Part shown: in pieces, positions 9,933 through 19,772 of the stretch
Position numbering within the stretch: position 1 is the stretch's first letter
How the letters are laid out: each line of letters begins with the position of its first letter
NCBI GenBank assembly: GCA_964418485.1
Contig: CAYQMH010000004.1
Span: 2,173 to 66,172, forward strand
DNA from: an uncultured bacterium
GTDB taxonomy: Bacteria > Hydrothermota > UBA3072
Direction of reading: 5' to 3'
Length of the DNA stretch: 64,000 bases
The notes under the pieces: model-generated
What the model was told of the DNA's origin: nothing
The model's input: only the letters and a program-made list of their open reading frames with translations
The model's database searches: none
Program-made: the position numbers and the translations under genes

Positions 9933-11587
9933 TAAAGGAGATAAGAGTTAGTAATTATGCTCTTATTGAACGAATCGAAGTAATTCTAAATCCGGGATTC
10001 AACGTTCTTACTGGCTCGACCGGTACCGGTAAATCCATAATAATAAATGCACTTTCTCTTCTTCTCGGGGATAAAGGTGATATAGCTTCCATAAGGAAGG
10101 AAGCTGACAAGGCAACTGTTGAAGGAGTGTTCTCTAATTCACAGGAAATTAATCAGATTTTAAACAATTACGATATTCCCGAGGAAAATGAAGTTATAAT
10201 AAGAAGAATAATTAACAGGAAAGGCGGAGGTAGGGTTTACATAAATGGTTCGATAGCCAATACCGATATTTTAAAAAGTCTGGGAAATATCCTTTTTGAT
10301 ATACACGGACAGCATGAACACCAATTGCTTATTAACGAGGAAACCCATATAGATTTTCTTGATTATTACGGGAAATTAATGCCCGATAGAGAAGTTCTGG
10401 AGAGAAACTTTAAATTATTGAATAATCTAAAGGTGGAACTTTCGGAAATTGAGTCACAGAAAAACGAAATAGCTAATCGCAGAGATTTGTATGAATTTCA
10501 GAGAAAAGAACTTGAATGTGTAAAATTTAGTGCGGCAGAGTATCAGGAATTAAAAGAAGAGAAGAAAAAACTCGATAATTTTGAAGAGATTAGTGAATTA
10601 GTTGAATATGCGACTTCATTTATAAGTGATAGCGAGGAATCAATACAGCGTAAGCTTTCTGAGATTACTTCAAATATTAAAAAAGCAGGCAAATTCGATA
10701 AAGCTTTAGAAAAAATTGGGGAAAGGCTCGAAGAATCCGATTTGATTCTTCAGGACGCATCTTTAGAATTAGATAGATATAAAGATGGCCTTAATTATGA
10801 TAAAGAAAGACTCTCCGAGCTTGAAAGTATAGTAGATAAAGTTGAAACTCTTAAGAGAAAATACAGGAAGGATTACGAAGAGCTTTTAGATATGAAGGAA
10901 GAACTATCAACAAAGATTTTTGATATGGAGTCTTTAAAAGAAAAAGAGAAAGAGTTAAAAGATAAAATAGCTAAAGTTGAAAACGAATTTGAAAAAAAAG
11001 CTCATACGATTTCCGATAAAAGGAAAAATATTTCTAAAGATTTTGAGAAAAAAGTCGAAAAAGAAATAAAAGATTTGGGTTTTGAGAAGGCACGTTTTAA
11101 AGTAGAGATAAAAGGTAAGAAAGAAATCGATGGACAGGGTATAGATGAGGTAAGATTTTTGTTTGAGCCAAATGTAGGAGAGGGGTGGAATAAACTTTCC
11201 AGTATCGCATCCGGGGGTGAGCTCTCGCGGGTTATGCTTGCCTTGAAATCAATTCTCTCGGAGGTAGACCGTGTCGAGGGACTTGTTTTTGACGAAATCG
11301 ATGTCGGAATAGGCGGCAGTCTTGCAAAAAAGGTGGGAGAGAAAATGAAAGAGATAGGTAAAAGAAGACAAGTTTTATGCGTTACTCATCTTCCTTCCAT
11401 TGCTGTGGAGGCTGATTCGCACTTAAGAGTTGAAAAAAAAGAGAAAGATGGCCGAACTATTACGGAAGTTAGGGAAATTGCCGGAGAAGAAAGAGTTGAG
11501 GAAATAGCCCGGATGATTTCAGGTGAGACTTCTATTGAGACAGCAAGAAAACATGCTGCCGAGCTTTTGAGTGGCGCTGAAAATTGA
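9929..11587 (+). CDS. recN: DNA repair protein RecN
   Basis: 552 aa SMC-like; Walker A 'GSTGTGKS'; coiled-coil middle; signature/Walker B at C-terminus. Confidence 0.9.
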   Translation: MIKEIRVSNYALIERIEVILNPGFNVLTGSTGTGKSIIINALSLLLGDKGDIASIRKEADKATVEGVFSNSQEINQILNNYDIPEENEVIIRRIINRKGGGRVYINGSIANTDILKSLGNILFDIHGQHEHQLLINEETHIDFLDYYGKLMPDREVLERNFKLLNNLKVELSEIESQKNEIANRRDLYEFQRKELECVKFSAAEYQELKEEKKKLDNFEEISELVEYATSFISDSEESIQRKLSEITSNIKKAGKFDKALEKIGERLEESDLILQDASLELDRYKDGLNYDKERLSELESIVDKVETLKRKYRKDYEELLDMKEELSTKIFDMESLKEKEKELKDKIAKVENEFEKKAHTISDKRKNISKDFEKKVEKEIKDLGFEKARFKVEIKGKKEIDGQGIDEVRFLFEPNVGEGWNKLSSIASGGELSRVMLALKSILSEVDRVEGLVFDEIDVGIGGSLAKKVGEKMKEIGKRRQVLCVTHLPSIAVEADSHLRVEKKEKDGRTITEVREIAGEERVEEIARMISGETSIETARKHAAELLSGAEN

Positions 11588-11645
11588 ACCACAGAGTTCA
11601 CAGAGAGAAAATAAATCACAGAGAACACAGAGCCGCACCCACCTT
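11588..11645. repeat. Intergenic degenerate tandem repeat (xxCACAGAG units)
   Basis: accacagag ttcacagag ... tcacagag aacacagag ccgcaccc directly after the recN stop. Confidence 0.8.
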
Positions 11646-11802
11646 ATTTTTAATTGAGTTTATAAAAAAACAACCCACGACTGTTTTAGAAATAACAGTA
11701 GAAATAACAGGGTTGGACCTTCTTTGAAAAGTGTCAAGGTGAGCAGTTTGCGTGGTAATAAAATGTTGACAAGGTAGATGAATTATGTAACTTAAAAATC
11801 AA

Positions 11803-12471
11803 ATGAAGAAATTAAATTCTTTATTATTAATTTGTTTACCGATAATTTCAAATATTGCGTCATTTGTGATATTTGCTCCACTATTTACTGGAGGCAAAGA
11901 GGTGGTGGCTGCTGATTTCAAGCAAGCAAGTGTTTTGGTTGGATTTGTTGTTTTGTGTATTGAAATTATAGCTTTTCTTTTGATTTTGATGGCGCTTAAA
12001 AAAGAAAATTCTTCGATAAAACAACTCATAAATTATGATAAACTTAAGGTTAGATCGTATGTTAAATATTTCTTATACGGTCTTTTACCTACTTTGGTTG
12101 CTGGACTGTTATATTGTAAAGCACAAGTCGATATGGGTATTGAGACAGATATTTCGAAGTATACCAGTAATGAGTTATTTATATGGTTAATTCTTACTCC
12201 AATCTTAGTTCCTTTCTTAGAAGAATCTATCTGGCGGGGATATTGTTTGCCTAAATTTTCAAAACCCATTACCGGTATTATATTAACCAGTATTTCTTTT
12301 GCATTTTTTCATGGAGTTTTTAGTCCTTTAATTTTACTTGCTACGTTTCTTCAGGGTGTTATTTGGGGACTTTTATACTTAAGAACAAAGAGTATTATTC
12401 CGGGTCTTTTATTGCATCTTTTAAGCAGGTATCTTCTTTTTATTCCGGGATTTGTATATTTAATTAAATAG
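11803..12471 (+). CDS. CPBP family intramembrane metalloprotease (CAAX protease/Abi family)
   Basis: Polytopic; motifs 'EESIWRGY', 'FFHG', 'HLLSRY' (EExxxR / FxxxH / HxxxN-like). Confidence 0.7.
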   Translation: MKKLNSLLLICLPIISNIASFVIFAPLFTGGKEVVAADFKQASVLVGFVVLCIEIIAFLLILMALKKENSSIKQLINYDKLKVRSYVKYFLYGLLPTLVAGLLYCKAQVDMGIETDISKYTSNELFIWLILTPILVPFLEESIWRGYCLPKFSKPITGIILTSISFAFFHGVFSPLILLATFLQGVIWGLLYLRTKSIIPGLLLHLLSRYLLFIPGFVYLIK

Positions 12472-12485
12472 GTAAGGGTGTTTTT

Positions 12486-12701
12486 GTGATTGGTAAAATT
12501 GTTTTATATTCAGGATGTGGAATGATATTGGCGGTTGTTCTTAAGGTAATTATAAGTTCACTGGTGAATTTTTTGAAATTTCAGTCTGTTGATTTCTGGT
12601 CGATACTTTTTGTTGTTGGTTGTATACTTGCAAGTATCGGTTTGGGTTTAACTAAAACAAAAGTGTGGAAAACAGATTATACTGAGAAGGATAAGCTCTA
12701 A
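12486..12701 (+). CDS. Small hydrophobic protein (2 TM), hypothetical
   Basis: 71 aa, follows the CPBP gene on the same strand; only ORF and hydrophobicity support. Confidence 0.35.
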   Translation: MIGKIVLYSGCGMILAVVLKVIISSLVNFLKFQSVDFWSILFVVGCILASIGLGLTKTKVWKTDYTEKDKL

Positions 12702-12790
12702 ATCAAATAGAGTAAAGTTCTTATGAATTTTGTTATGTAATATTATTACTTTTATCTGAATATTTATTCATTTTTCCCCAAAAAAACCCC

Positions 12791-12820
12791 TTGACAGCGC
12801 AAAGAAAACTTATATATTCG
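12791..12820 (+). promoter_or_regulatory. Putative FCB/Bacteroidetes-type promoter (TTG-N19-TAtaTTcG) for carAB
   Basis: cTTGacagcgcaaagaaaacttaTATATTCG; spacing matches the -33/-7 consensus TTG-N19-TAnnTTTG. Confidence 0.4.
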
Positions 12821-12878
12821 AGACGGGTTAATTAGTGATCGAAAAGAAAATATCAAGAATAAACAAACGCAATATTGC

Positions 12879-12906
12879 AATGCCTGGTTCCAGGCATATT
12901 TTTTGG
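12879..12906 (+). promoter_or_regulatory. Leader hairpin + U-tract upstream of carA (possible attenuator)
   Basis: atgcctgg-tt-ccaggcat followed by attttttt, about 40 nt before the carA start. Confidence 0.35.
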
Positions 12907-12961
12907 GATTTACTTGAAGTCGTTTTTTATGTAAAAATCAATTTAAATGCGAGGTTATTTT

Positions 12962-14032
12962 ATGTCAGATAATGGTAAGTTAGTTAAACTTGTCCTGGAA
13001 GATGGTTCTGTTTTCGAAGGTTTCTCTTTTGGTTCAAATAAATCCGTAAACGGAGAAGTCGTTTTTAACACCGGCATGGTTGGTTATCCTGAGACTTTAA
13101 CCGATCCTTCTTACAAAGGTCAAATACTTGTTATGACTTATCCTTTAATAGGAAATTACGGAATTCCAGGAGATGAGAAAGAAAATGGTTTATATAAAAA
13201 CTTCGAATCTAACGAGGTTCAAGTTCAAGGTCTTATTGTCTCAGACCTTTCGTTGGATTACTCTCACTGGAGTGCCAAAAAATCTTTATCCCAGTGGCTA
13301 AAGGAAAATAATATACCTGGTATTTATGGTATAGATACAAGAATGTTGACTAAGAAGTTGAGGGAGAAGGGAACGCAGCTTGGAAAAATAATCTATAATA
13401 ACGAAAAAATTAAGTTTGAAGATCCCAATGAAAGGAATTTAGTTGCTGAAGTTAGTATAAATGATGTAATTGAATATAAGAAAAGTAAGAAAAAAATTGC
13501 TGTAATTGATTGTGGTGTTAAGAATAATGTGATAAGAGCTTTTTTAAAAAGAGATATATCCGTAATAAGATATCCATGGGATTACGACTTTACAAAAGAT
13601 AAAATAGATGGTGTTTTAATCTCAAATGGACCTGGAGATCCTAAAAAGTGCGAAGCTACAATAGAAAATATTAAGAAAGCTATTTCGATGAATATACCAA
13701 TTCTCGGTATATGTCTGGGGTCTCAAATTCTTGGGCTTGCTGCAGGAGCAGATACCTACAAGTTAAAATATGGGCATAGAGGTCAGAATCAACCTTGTGT
13801 GGAAGCGGGAACGAAGAGGTGTTATATTACCTCCCAGAATCATGGATATGTAGTAGATTCTACGACTTTAAAGGAAGACTGGAGAGAGTGGTTTTTCAAT
13901 AACAATGATGAAACAAATGAAGGAATACATCATATATCCAAGCCTTTCTTTGGTTCTCAATTCCATCCAGAAGCTTCACCTGGACCTGATGATACTGAAT
14001 TTATTTTTGATATGTTTATGAGGTCAATATGA
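12962..14032 (+). CDS. carA: Carbamoyl-phosphate synthase small subunit
   Basis: GATase class I; catalytic 'GICLGSQ'; N-terminal CPSase small-chain domain; start chosen at MSDNGK (ORF opens at 12947). Confidence 0.9.
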   Translation: MSDNGKLVKLVLEDGSVFEGFSFGSNKSVNGEVVFNTGMVGYPETLTDPSYKGQILVMTYPLIGNYGIPGDEKENGLYKNFESNEVQVQGLIVSDLSLDYSHWSAKKSLSQWLKENNIPGIYGIDTRMLTKKLREKGTQLGKIIYNNEKIKFEDPNERNLVAEVSINDVIEYKKSKKKIAVIDCGVKNNVIRAFLKRDISVIRYPWDYDFTKDKIDGVLISNGPGDPKKCEATIENIKKAISMNIPILGICLGSQILGLAAGADTYKLKYGHRGQNQPCVEAGTKRCYITSQNHGYVVDSTTLKEDWREWFFNNNDETNEGIHHISKPFFGSQFHPEASPGPDDTEFIFDMFMRSI

Positions 14033-17000
14033 TTAAAGATAAGATAAAAAAGGTGTTAATCTTAGGTTCCGGTGCAATACGTATAGGGCAGGCGGGAGAG
14101 TTTGATTATTCCGGAAGCCAGGCAATTAAAGCTTTAAAAGAAGAAGGTATTACAACTGTTCTAATCAATCCGAATATAGCAACCATCCAGACTTCATCCT
14201 ATCTTACAGATAAAATTTACTTTTTACCTTTGGATTTGTATTTCGTTGAAAAAGTAATTGAAAAAGAGAGACCCGATGGGATATTACTGGCATTCGGAGG
14301 GCAGACAGGTTTAAATGTCGGGGCCGAGTTGGCAGAAAAAGGTATACTTGATAAGTATGGCGTTAAAGTACTGGGAACCCCGGTTGAAGTTATTTTAGAT
14401 ACTGAAGACCGGGATCGATTCATAAAGAAAATTACAGAAATAAATCTAAAGGTTCCTGAAAGTAAAGCTGTTAATAATGTCGAAGAAGCCATTAAAGCTG
14501 GTGATAAGATAGGGTATCCAGTTATAGTAAGAATCGCTTACGCCTTAGGAGGTTTAGGTTCAGGTGTTGCTTATAATGAAAAAGAGTTAAGAGATATTGC
14601 AAAAAAGGCGTTTTCTTTTACCAAGCAAATTCTGGTTGAAAAATATCTTGGTGGTTGGAAAGAAATAGAATATGAGGTAGTCAGGGACTGTTACAATAAC
14701 TGCATAGTGGTTTGCTCTATGGAAAATGTTGACCCTATGGGTATACATACCGGTGAAAGTATAGTTGCTGCACCTGTTCAGACTCTTACTGCTTCAGAGA
14801 ATTTCAGATTAAGGGCGTTTACTATTAAGGTTATACGACATCTCGGCATTGTTGGTGAATGTAATATTCAATATGCACTTGACCCTGAATCAGAAGATTA
14901 CAGGATAATTGAAGTTAATGCCAGACTTAGCAGGAGTTCTGCTCTTGCTTCTAAAGCAACGGGATATCCGCTTGCTTTTGTAGCGGCTAAACTTGCTTTA
15001 GGGTACGGTTTAACCGAGTTGAAAAACGCTATAACAAAGGAAACTTCAGCCTGTTTTGAACCTGCTATAGATTATGTTGTTCTCAAATATCCGAGATGGG
15101 ACCTGCAGAAATTCAGAAAAGTCAGCCTTAATATAGGTTCGGAAATGAAGTCTGTAGGAGAAGTAATGGCTATTGCCAGGAGCTTTGAGGAAGTCTTACA
15201 GAAGGCCATCCGTATGTTGGAAGTCGGTATGAATGGAGTAGTATGTAATGATATAGAATTTGATGATCTGGAACAGGAACTGGGAAAGCCGACCGATAAG
15301 AGGATTTTTGCTATAGCTGAAGCTATTAAAAAAGGTTATTCGGTTGATAAAATATATAAAATTTCTAAAGTTGACCAATGGTTCCTTTATAAGATAAAAA
15401 ATATAATCGATATAGAAAAACAGTTAAAAGGAAAGAAAATTGATAAAATTTCAAAAGAGTTGTTGAGAGAAGCCAAGCAAAAGGGATTTTCGGATAAGCA
15501 AATTGCTATTTTGACTGATTCACAGGAGCTTGAAGTAAGGAAAATAAGAAAGAACAAAGGAATTGTACCTTATGTTAAACAGATAGACACGTTGGCCGCG
15601 GAGTATCCCGCTAAAACCAATTATTTGTATTTAACTTATAATGCTTCGGAAGATGATTTGGATTTCAAGGATAAAAATCAAGTTGTTGTACTTGGTGGTG
15701 GAGCATATAGAATTGGTTCTTCCGTTGAATTTGATTGGTGCTGTGTTAATGCCGTTACGGCTCTCAGAAAATTAAATTACAAAGCTATAATGATAAATTA
15801 CAATCCGGAAACGGTCAGTACGGATTATGATATTTGCGATAAACTTTATTTCGACGAAATGACATTTGAAAGAGTTCTGGATATATATGAGAAAGAAAAT
15901 CCCCTTGGAGTTATAATTTCAGTGGGTGGGCAGATTGCAAACAATCTTGCTCTACCTTTGCATAAAAGTGGTGTAAAAATACTTGGAACTTCACCTGTTA
16001 ATATTGATAATGCTGAGGACAGGCACAAGTTTTCGGAGTTACTTGATAAACTTGGTATTGATCAGCCAAAATGGGAGGAAGTTACTACTATTAAAGATGC
16101 GCAAAAATTTGCAAAAGACGTTGGGTATCCTGTTTTGGTTCGTCCGAGTTATGTTCTTAGCGGTGCCGCAATGAGTATAGTTTTAAGTGAAGATGAGTTA
16201 GAAGGGTATCTTAAAAGAGCCTCTGAGGTCAACAAAGAACATCCTGTGGTGATAAGTAAGTTTATTACAGGAGCTAAAGAGATAGAAATCGATGCGGTCG
16301 CCAATAAAGGGGAACTATACTGTTATGCGATATCTGAACATGTAGAGAATGCCGGTGTTCATTCCGGGGATGCGACTATGGTGCTTCCTCCTCAGAGAAC
16401 TTATCTTGAAACGATGAGAAGGATAAAGATAATTGCCAGAAAGATTGCAAAAGCCTTAAACATAACAGGTCCTTTTAATATTCAGTTCATAGCAAAGGGT
16501 AATGAAGTTAGGGTAATTGAGTGTAATTTGAGAGTTTCGAGAAGTTTTCCGTTCGTTTCTAAGTTTCTTAAAATTAATTTTGTTGATGCTGCGACGAGGA
16601 TAATTATGGGAAAGAAGGTTCCTGATCTTACGAATTCTGCTTTTGACCTTGATTATGTTGGTGTGAAAGCACCTCAATTTTCTTTTTCCCGTCTTAAGGG
16701 TTCCGATCCTATCCTTGGAGTTGAAATGGCTTCTACCGGTGAAGTAGGTTGTCTGGGTGACGATTTCAACGAAGCATTTCTAAAAAGTTATATTTCTGTT
16801 GGTTTTGTAATGCCTGAAAAAACAGTATTACTATCTACTGGTCCTATAGGCAATAAAGCGGAATTTTTGGAGAGCACACGCATTCTAAAAGACATGGGAT
16901 TTGAGCTCTATGCTACTAAGGGGACTGCCGAATTTATGAAGAATAATGGAATCGATTCGACAATTCTTTATTGGCCATCGGAAAGTAAGGAACCAAATAC

Positions 17001-17220
17001 TCTTAGCTATATTTCGGATGGCAAGATCGATCTGGTTATAAATATTCCTAAGAATATTGAAAAAGAAGAGCTTGATAATGACTATCTTATAAGACGTCAG
17101 GCTGTTGATTTTAACGTTCCTCTTATTACGGATTTACAAGTGGCAAAAAGGTTGGTAGAAGCAATGCAAAAAACTTCTTTAAAGGATTTGAAAATCAAAA
17201 GCTGGGATGAATATGAATAA
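14029..17220 (+). CDS. carB: Carbamoyl-phosphate synthase large subunit
   Basis: 1063 aa; duplicated ATP-grasp halves, oligomerisation and MGS-like domains; overlaps the carA stop. Confidence 0.95.
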   Translation: MIKDKIKKVLILGSGAIRIGQAGEFDYSGSQAIKALKEEGITTVLINPNIATIQTSSYLTDKIYFLPLDLYFVEKVIEKERPDGILLAFGGQTGLNVGAELAEKGILDKYGVKVLGTPVEVILDTEDRDRFIKKITEINLKVPESKAVNNVEEAIKAGDKIGYPVIVRIAYALGGLGSGVAYNEKELRDIAKKAFSFTKQILVEKYLGGWKEIEYEVVRDCYNNCIVVCSMENVDPMGIHTGESIVAAPVQTLTASENFRLRAFTIKVIRHLGIVGECNIQYALDPESEDYRIIEVNARLSRSSALASKATGYPLAFVAAKLALGYGLTELKNAITKETSACFEPAIDYVVLKYPRWDLQKFRKVSLNIGSEMKSVGEVMAIARSFEEVLQKAIRMLEVGMNGVVCNDIEFDDLEQELGKPTDKRIFAIAEAIKKGYSVDKIYKISKVDQWFLYKIKNIIDIEKQLKGKKIDKISKELLREAKQKGFSDKQIAILTDSQELEVRKIRKNKGIVPYVKQIDTLAAEYPAKTNYLYLTYNASEDDLDFKDKNQVVVLGGGAYRIGSSVEFDWCCVNAVTALRKLNYKAIMINYNPETVSTDYDICDKLYFDEMTFERVLDIYEKENPLGVIISVGGQIANNLALPLHKSGVKILGTSPVNIDNAEDRHKFSELLDKLGIDQPKWEEVTTIKDAQKFAKDVGYPVLVRPSYVLSGAAMSIVLSEDELEGYLKRASEVNKEHPVVISKFITGAKEIEIDAVANKGELYCYAISEHVENAGVHSGDATMVLPPQRTYLETMRRIKIIARKIAKALNITGPFNIQFIAKGNEVRVIECNLRVSRSFPFVSKFLKINFVDAATRIIMGKKVPDLTNSAFDLDYVGVKAPQFSFSRLKGSDPILGVEMASTGEVGCLGDDFNEAFLKSYISVGFVMPEKTVLLSTGPIGNKAEFLESTRILKDMGFELYATKGTAEFMKNNGIDSTILYWPSESKEPNTLSYISDGKIDLVINIPKNIEKEELDNDYLIRRQAVDFNVPLITDLQVAKRLVEAMQKTSLKDLKIKSWDEYE

Positions 17221-17224
17221 TTTA

Positions 17225-17247
17225 ATAGGACGCAGATGAACGCAGAT
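17225..17247 (+). repeat. Conserved 23-nt motif ATAGGACGCAGATGAACGCAGAT (copy 1 of 3)
   Basis: Identical 23-mer also at 42148-42170 and 44507-44529; internal 10-bp direct repeat GNACGCAGAT x2. Confidence 0.85.
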
Positions 17248-17305
17248 AAACAGGATTTGATTTTGAATTTTCTGAAGAAAAATAATGTTTCTTGGGGAGG
17301 ATAGG

Positions 17306-18340
17306 ATGGATCTGCAAATTCCGGAAGATTATATTAATCATTTAAATTTAAAAGAGACAGAGGAAGCGATTAAATTAGTAAAGGATTACTTTGAAGTTGA
17401 GCTTGCAAATCAATTAAATTTACAAAGAGTTAGTGCTCCTTTATTTGTAGTTGCTGGTACCGGGATTAATGATGATCTTAACGGTGTCGAAAGACCGGTC
17501 TCTTTTGATTTGAAGAATATATCTAACGTGGAAGCGGAGATTGTTCAATCTCTTGCGAAATGGAAGAGAATGGCTCTAGCCGGATATGGATTTGCACTGG
17601 GGAGTGGATTGTACACCGATATGAATGCCGTAAGACGGGATGAGGTTTTAGATAATTTACACTCGATTTATGTGGATCAGTGGGACTGGGAAAGGGTAAT
17701 ATCACGCGAAGAAAGGAATTTAGATTTTTTAAAGGATATTGTAAGAAAGATATATCAGGTTTTAAAAGAAACGGAAATGGTTGTGTATAAAAAATTTCCT
17801 GAGTTACAGCCATTTCTCCGGGATGAAATAAGTTTTGTGCACAGCGAAGAATTACAGGAAAGATATCCTGATCTTTCTCCGAGAGATAGGGAAGATGCTA
17901 TTACTAAAGAGAAGGAAGCTGTCTTTGTTATAGGTATCGGAGGAAAACTTGCAGATGGCAAAGTACATGACGGAAGAGCTCCGGATTACGACGATTGGAC
18001 TACACCTACGGGAGAGAAAACAAAAGGTTTAAATGGTGACATATTTGTTTGGAATCCGGTGTTGCAAAAGGGTTTCGAAATTTCATCTATGGGTATAAGA
18101 GTCGATAAGGAAGCCTTACTAAAACAGCTCAAGATTACAAATACAGAGGATAGAAAAGAATTGACATGGCATAAGATGCTTTTAGAGGATAGATTACCTC
18201 TTTCCATAGGGGGAGGAATCGGTCAATCCCGTCTTTGTATGTTACTTCTCCAGAAAGCACATATAGGGGAAGTTCAGTGCGGTGTGTGGCCGGATGAGAT
18301 GGTGCGTGCCTGCGAGGAAAATAATATCTTTTTGCTTTAA
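17306..18340 (+). CDS. asnA: Aspartate--ammonia ligase (asparagine synthetase A)
   Basis: AsnA-type class II aaRS-like fold; N-terminus 'MDLQIPEDYI..LKETEEAI'; C-terminus '[18 protein letters not shown]'. Confidence 0.85.
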   Translation: MDLQIPEDYINHLNLKETEEAIKLVKDYFEVELANQLNLQRVSAPLFVVAGTGINDDLNGVERPVSFDLKNISNVEAEIVQSLAKWKRMALAGYGFALGSGLYTDMNAVRRDEVLDNLHSIYVDQWDWERVISREERNLDFLKDIVRKIYQVLKETEMVVYKKFPELQPFLRDEISFVHSEELQERYPDLSPRDREDAITKEKEAVFVIGIGGKLADGKVHDGRAPDYDDWTTPTGEKTKGLNGDIFVWNPVLQKGFEISSMGIRVDKEALLKQLKITNTEDRKELTWHKMLLEDRLPLSIGGGIGQSRLCMLLLQKAHIGEVQCGVWPDEMVRACEENNIFLL

Positions 18341-18351
18341 GAGAAAATTAT

Positions 18352-18462
18352 ATGGACGACAAAACTAAAGGTCAGATTGAGGCACAGATCAGTGAAGCAA
18401 TAGTAAAATTCGAAAAAGAATATATGGGTAGAGGGCCGACCTATCGTATGCCTTATCGATGA
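18352..18462 (+). pseudogene. Truncated DUF2294-family gene remnant
   Basis: 'MDDKTKGQIEAQISEAIVKFEKEYMGRGP' matches the DUF2294 N-terminus, then a premature stop; the C-terminal-like piece continues in another frame. Confidence 0.5.
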
Positions 18463-18533
18463 GAAGTATTATTGAAGAGCTCAATCGAATTGAAGAGTTC
18501 ATAAATAAACTTACTTGAGAGGAGGTAATTAGA

Positions 18534-19772
18534 ATGTCAAAAATTTACATTATAGATGTAACGAATCGAGATGGAGTCCAGACTTCGCGGATATGTCTTT
18601 CCAAACTGCAGAAAACCATAATAAATCTTTATCTTTCTCAAGTGGGAGTTTTTCAATCTGAATTTGGTTTCCCTACAACGCACCACGAGACAAATTATCT
18701 CAATGCAAATTTAGAGTTAGCCCGTAGCGGAGTTTTTGGTAAATTGCGTTTAGGAGGCTGGATCCGAGCAATTGAGGAGGATGTAAATTTGACCTTTAAT
18801 TTGTTAACTGATGTAGAGCATTTAAATCTCTCTATTTCTACTTCCGACCAGATGATAGCACATAAATTTAAAGGTAAATTAGACCATACCGCAGTGATAA
18901 AAGAAATGGTTGATGCGGTAAAGCTAGCCAGAGAATTAGGTGCAAAATCCATAGGTGTAAACGCCGAAGATGCATCCCGCTCCAACATGGATTATCTTAT
19001 TTCTTTTGCCGTTGCAGCTAAAGAAGCAGGTGCGGATAGATTTCGTTATTGCGATACCTTAGGCTATGATACACCGTTTACAATATATAATCGGATTCAA
19101 AAAATTGCTGAGAAGATAAAAATACCTATTGAATTGCACTGCCATAATGATCTTGGAATGGTAATTGCCAATTCGTTAGCGGGTGCTATGGCAGCTAATG
19201 ATACGGGGATGGACGCCTATATCAATACCTGTATAAATGGTATGGGGGAACGCGCAGGCAATGCAGATCTGATTTCTGTAATTTTAGCGATTAAACATGG
19301 AAGCGAGATGAAAGATAAGTATATCCTGGATGAAAGAATTGACTTAAAGATAGCATGGAGAATCTGTAAATATGCTTCTTATGCATTTGGCATCCCAATA
19401 CCTATCAATCAACCTGGTATTGGTGCCAATGCTTTTGCTCATGAATCGGGTATTCACGCTGACGGTGCGCTGAAAGACAGACGTAATTACGAACTTTATG
19501 ATTTCGAGGAACTGGGTCGTGGTGAGCCGGAAGTTATTGAGACCGGCAGACAGATTACCGTGGGAGAATACTCCGGAATAAAAGGTTTTAGAAATGTCTA
19601 TGAGAAATTAGAAATAGTTTTTAAAGATGATGCTGAAGCAACCAGAATTCTGGAATTGGCGAGGTTCGCAAATGTGCATAACCAGAAACCGCTGGTGGCG
19701 GAAGAATTAAAATTTATAGCTCAGTATCCTGAAATAGCAAAGAAAATTATGACGATGTTATCGTTGAGTTAA
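18534..19772 (+). CDS. HMGL-like (DRE-TIM metallolyase) protein, divergent 2-isopropylmalate/homocitrate/citramalate synthase family
   Basis: 'DVTNRDGVQ' (cf. DTTLRDGEQ), 'HCHNDLGM', 'GERAGNA', 'HESGIH' metal and substrate motifs. Confidence 0.7.
   Translation: MSKIYIIDVTNRDGVQTSRICLSKLQKTIINLYLSQVGVFQSEFGFPTTHHETNYLNANLELARSGVFGKLRLGGWIRAIEEDVNLTFNLLTDVEHLNLSISTSDQMIAHKFKGKLDHTAVIKEMVDAVKLARELGAKSIGVNAEDASRSNMDYLISFAVAAKEAGADRFRYCDTLGYDTPFTIYNRIQKIAEKIKIPIELHCHNDLGMVIANSLAGAMAANDTGMDAYINTCINGMGERAGNADLISVILAIKHGSEMKDKYILDERIDLKIAWRICKYASYAFGIPIPINQPGIGANAFAHESGIHADGALKDRRNYELYDFEELGRGEPEVIETGRQITVGEYSGIKGFRNVYEKLEIVFKDDAEATRILELARFANVHNQKPLVAEELKFIAQYPEIAKKIMTMLSLS

Noticed and set aside
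12870-12910. PyrR-binding attenuator upstream of carA
   Set aside because: The hairpin loop lacks the PyrR binding consensus (ARUCCAGAGAGGCU). I kept it only as a generic terminator-like hairpin.
18160-18185. Sigma54-type promoter (TGGCAT..TGCTT) at the asnA tail
   Set aside because: The GG-GC spacing is 8 rather than 10 nt, and the sequence is inside the asnA coding region.
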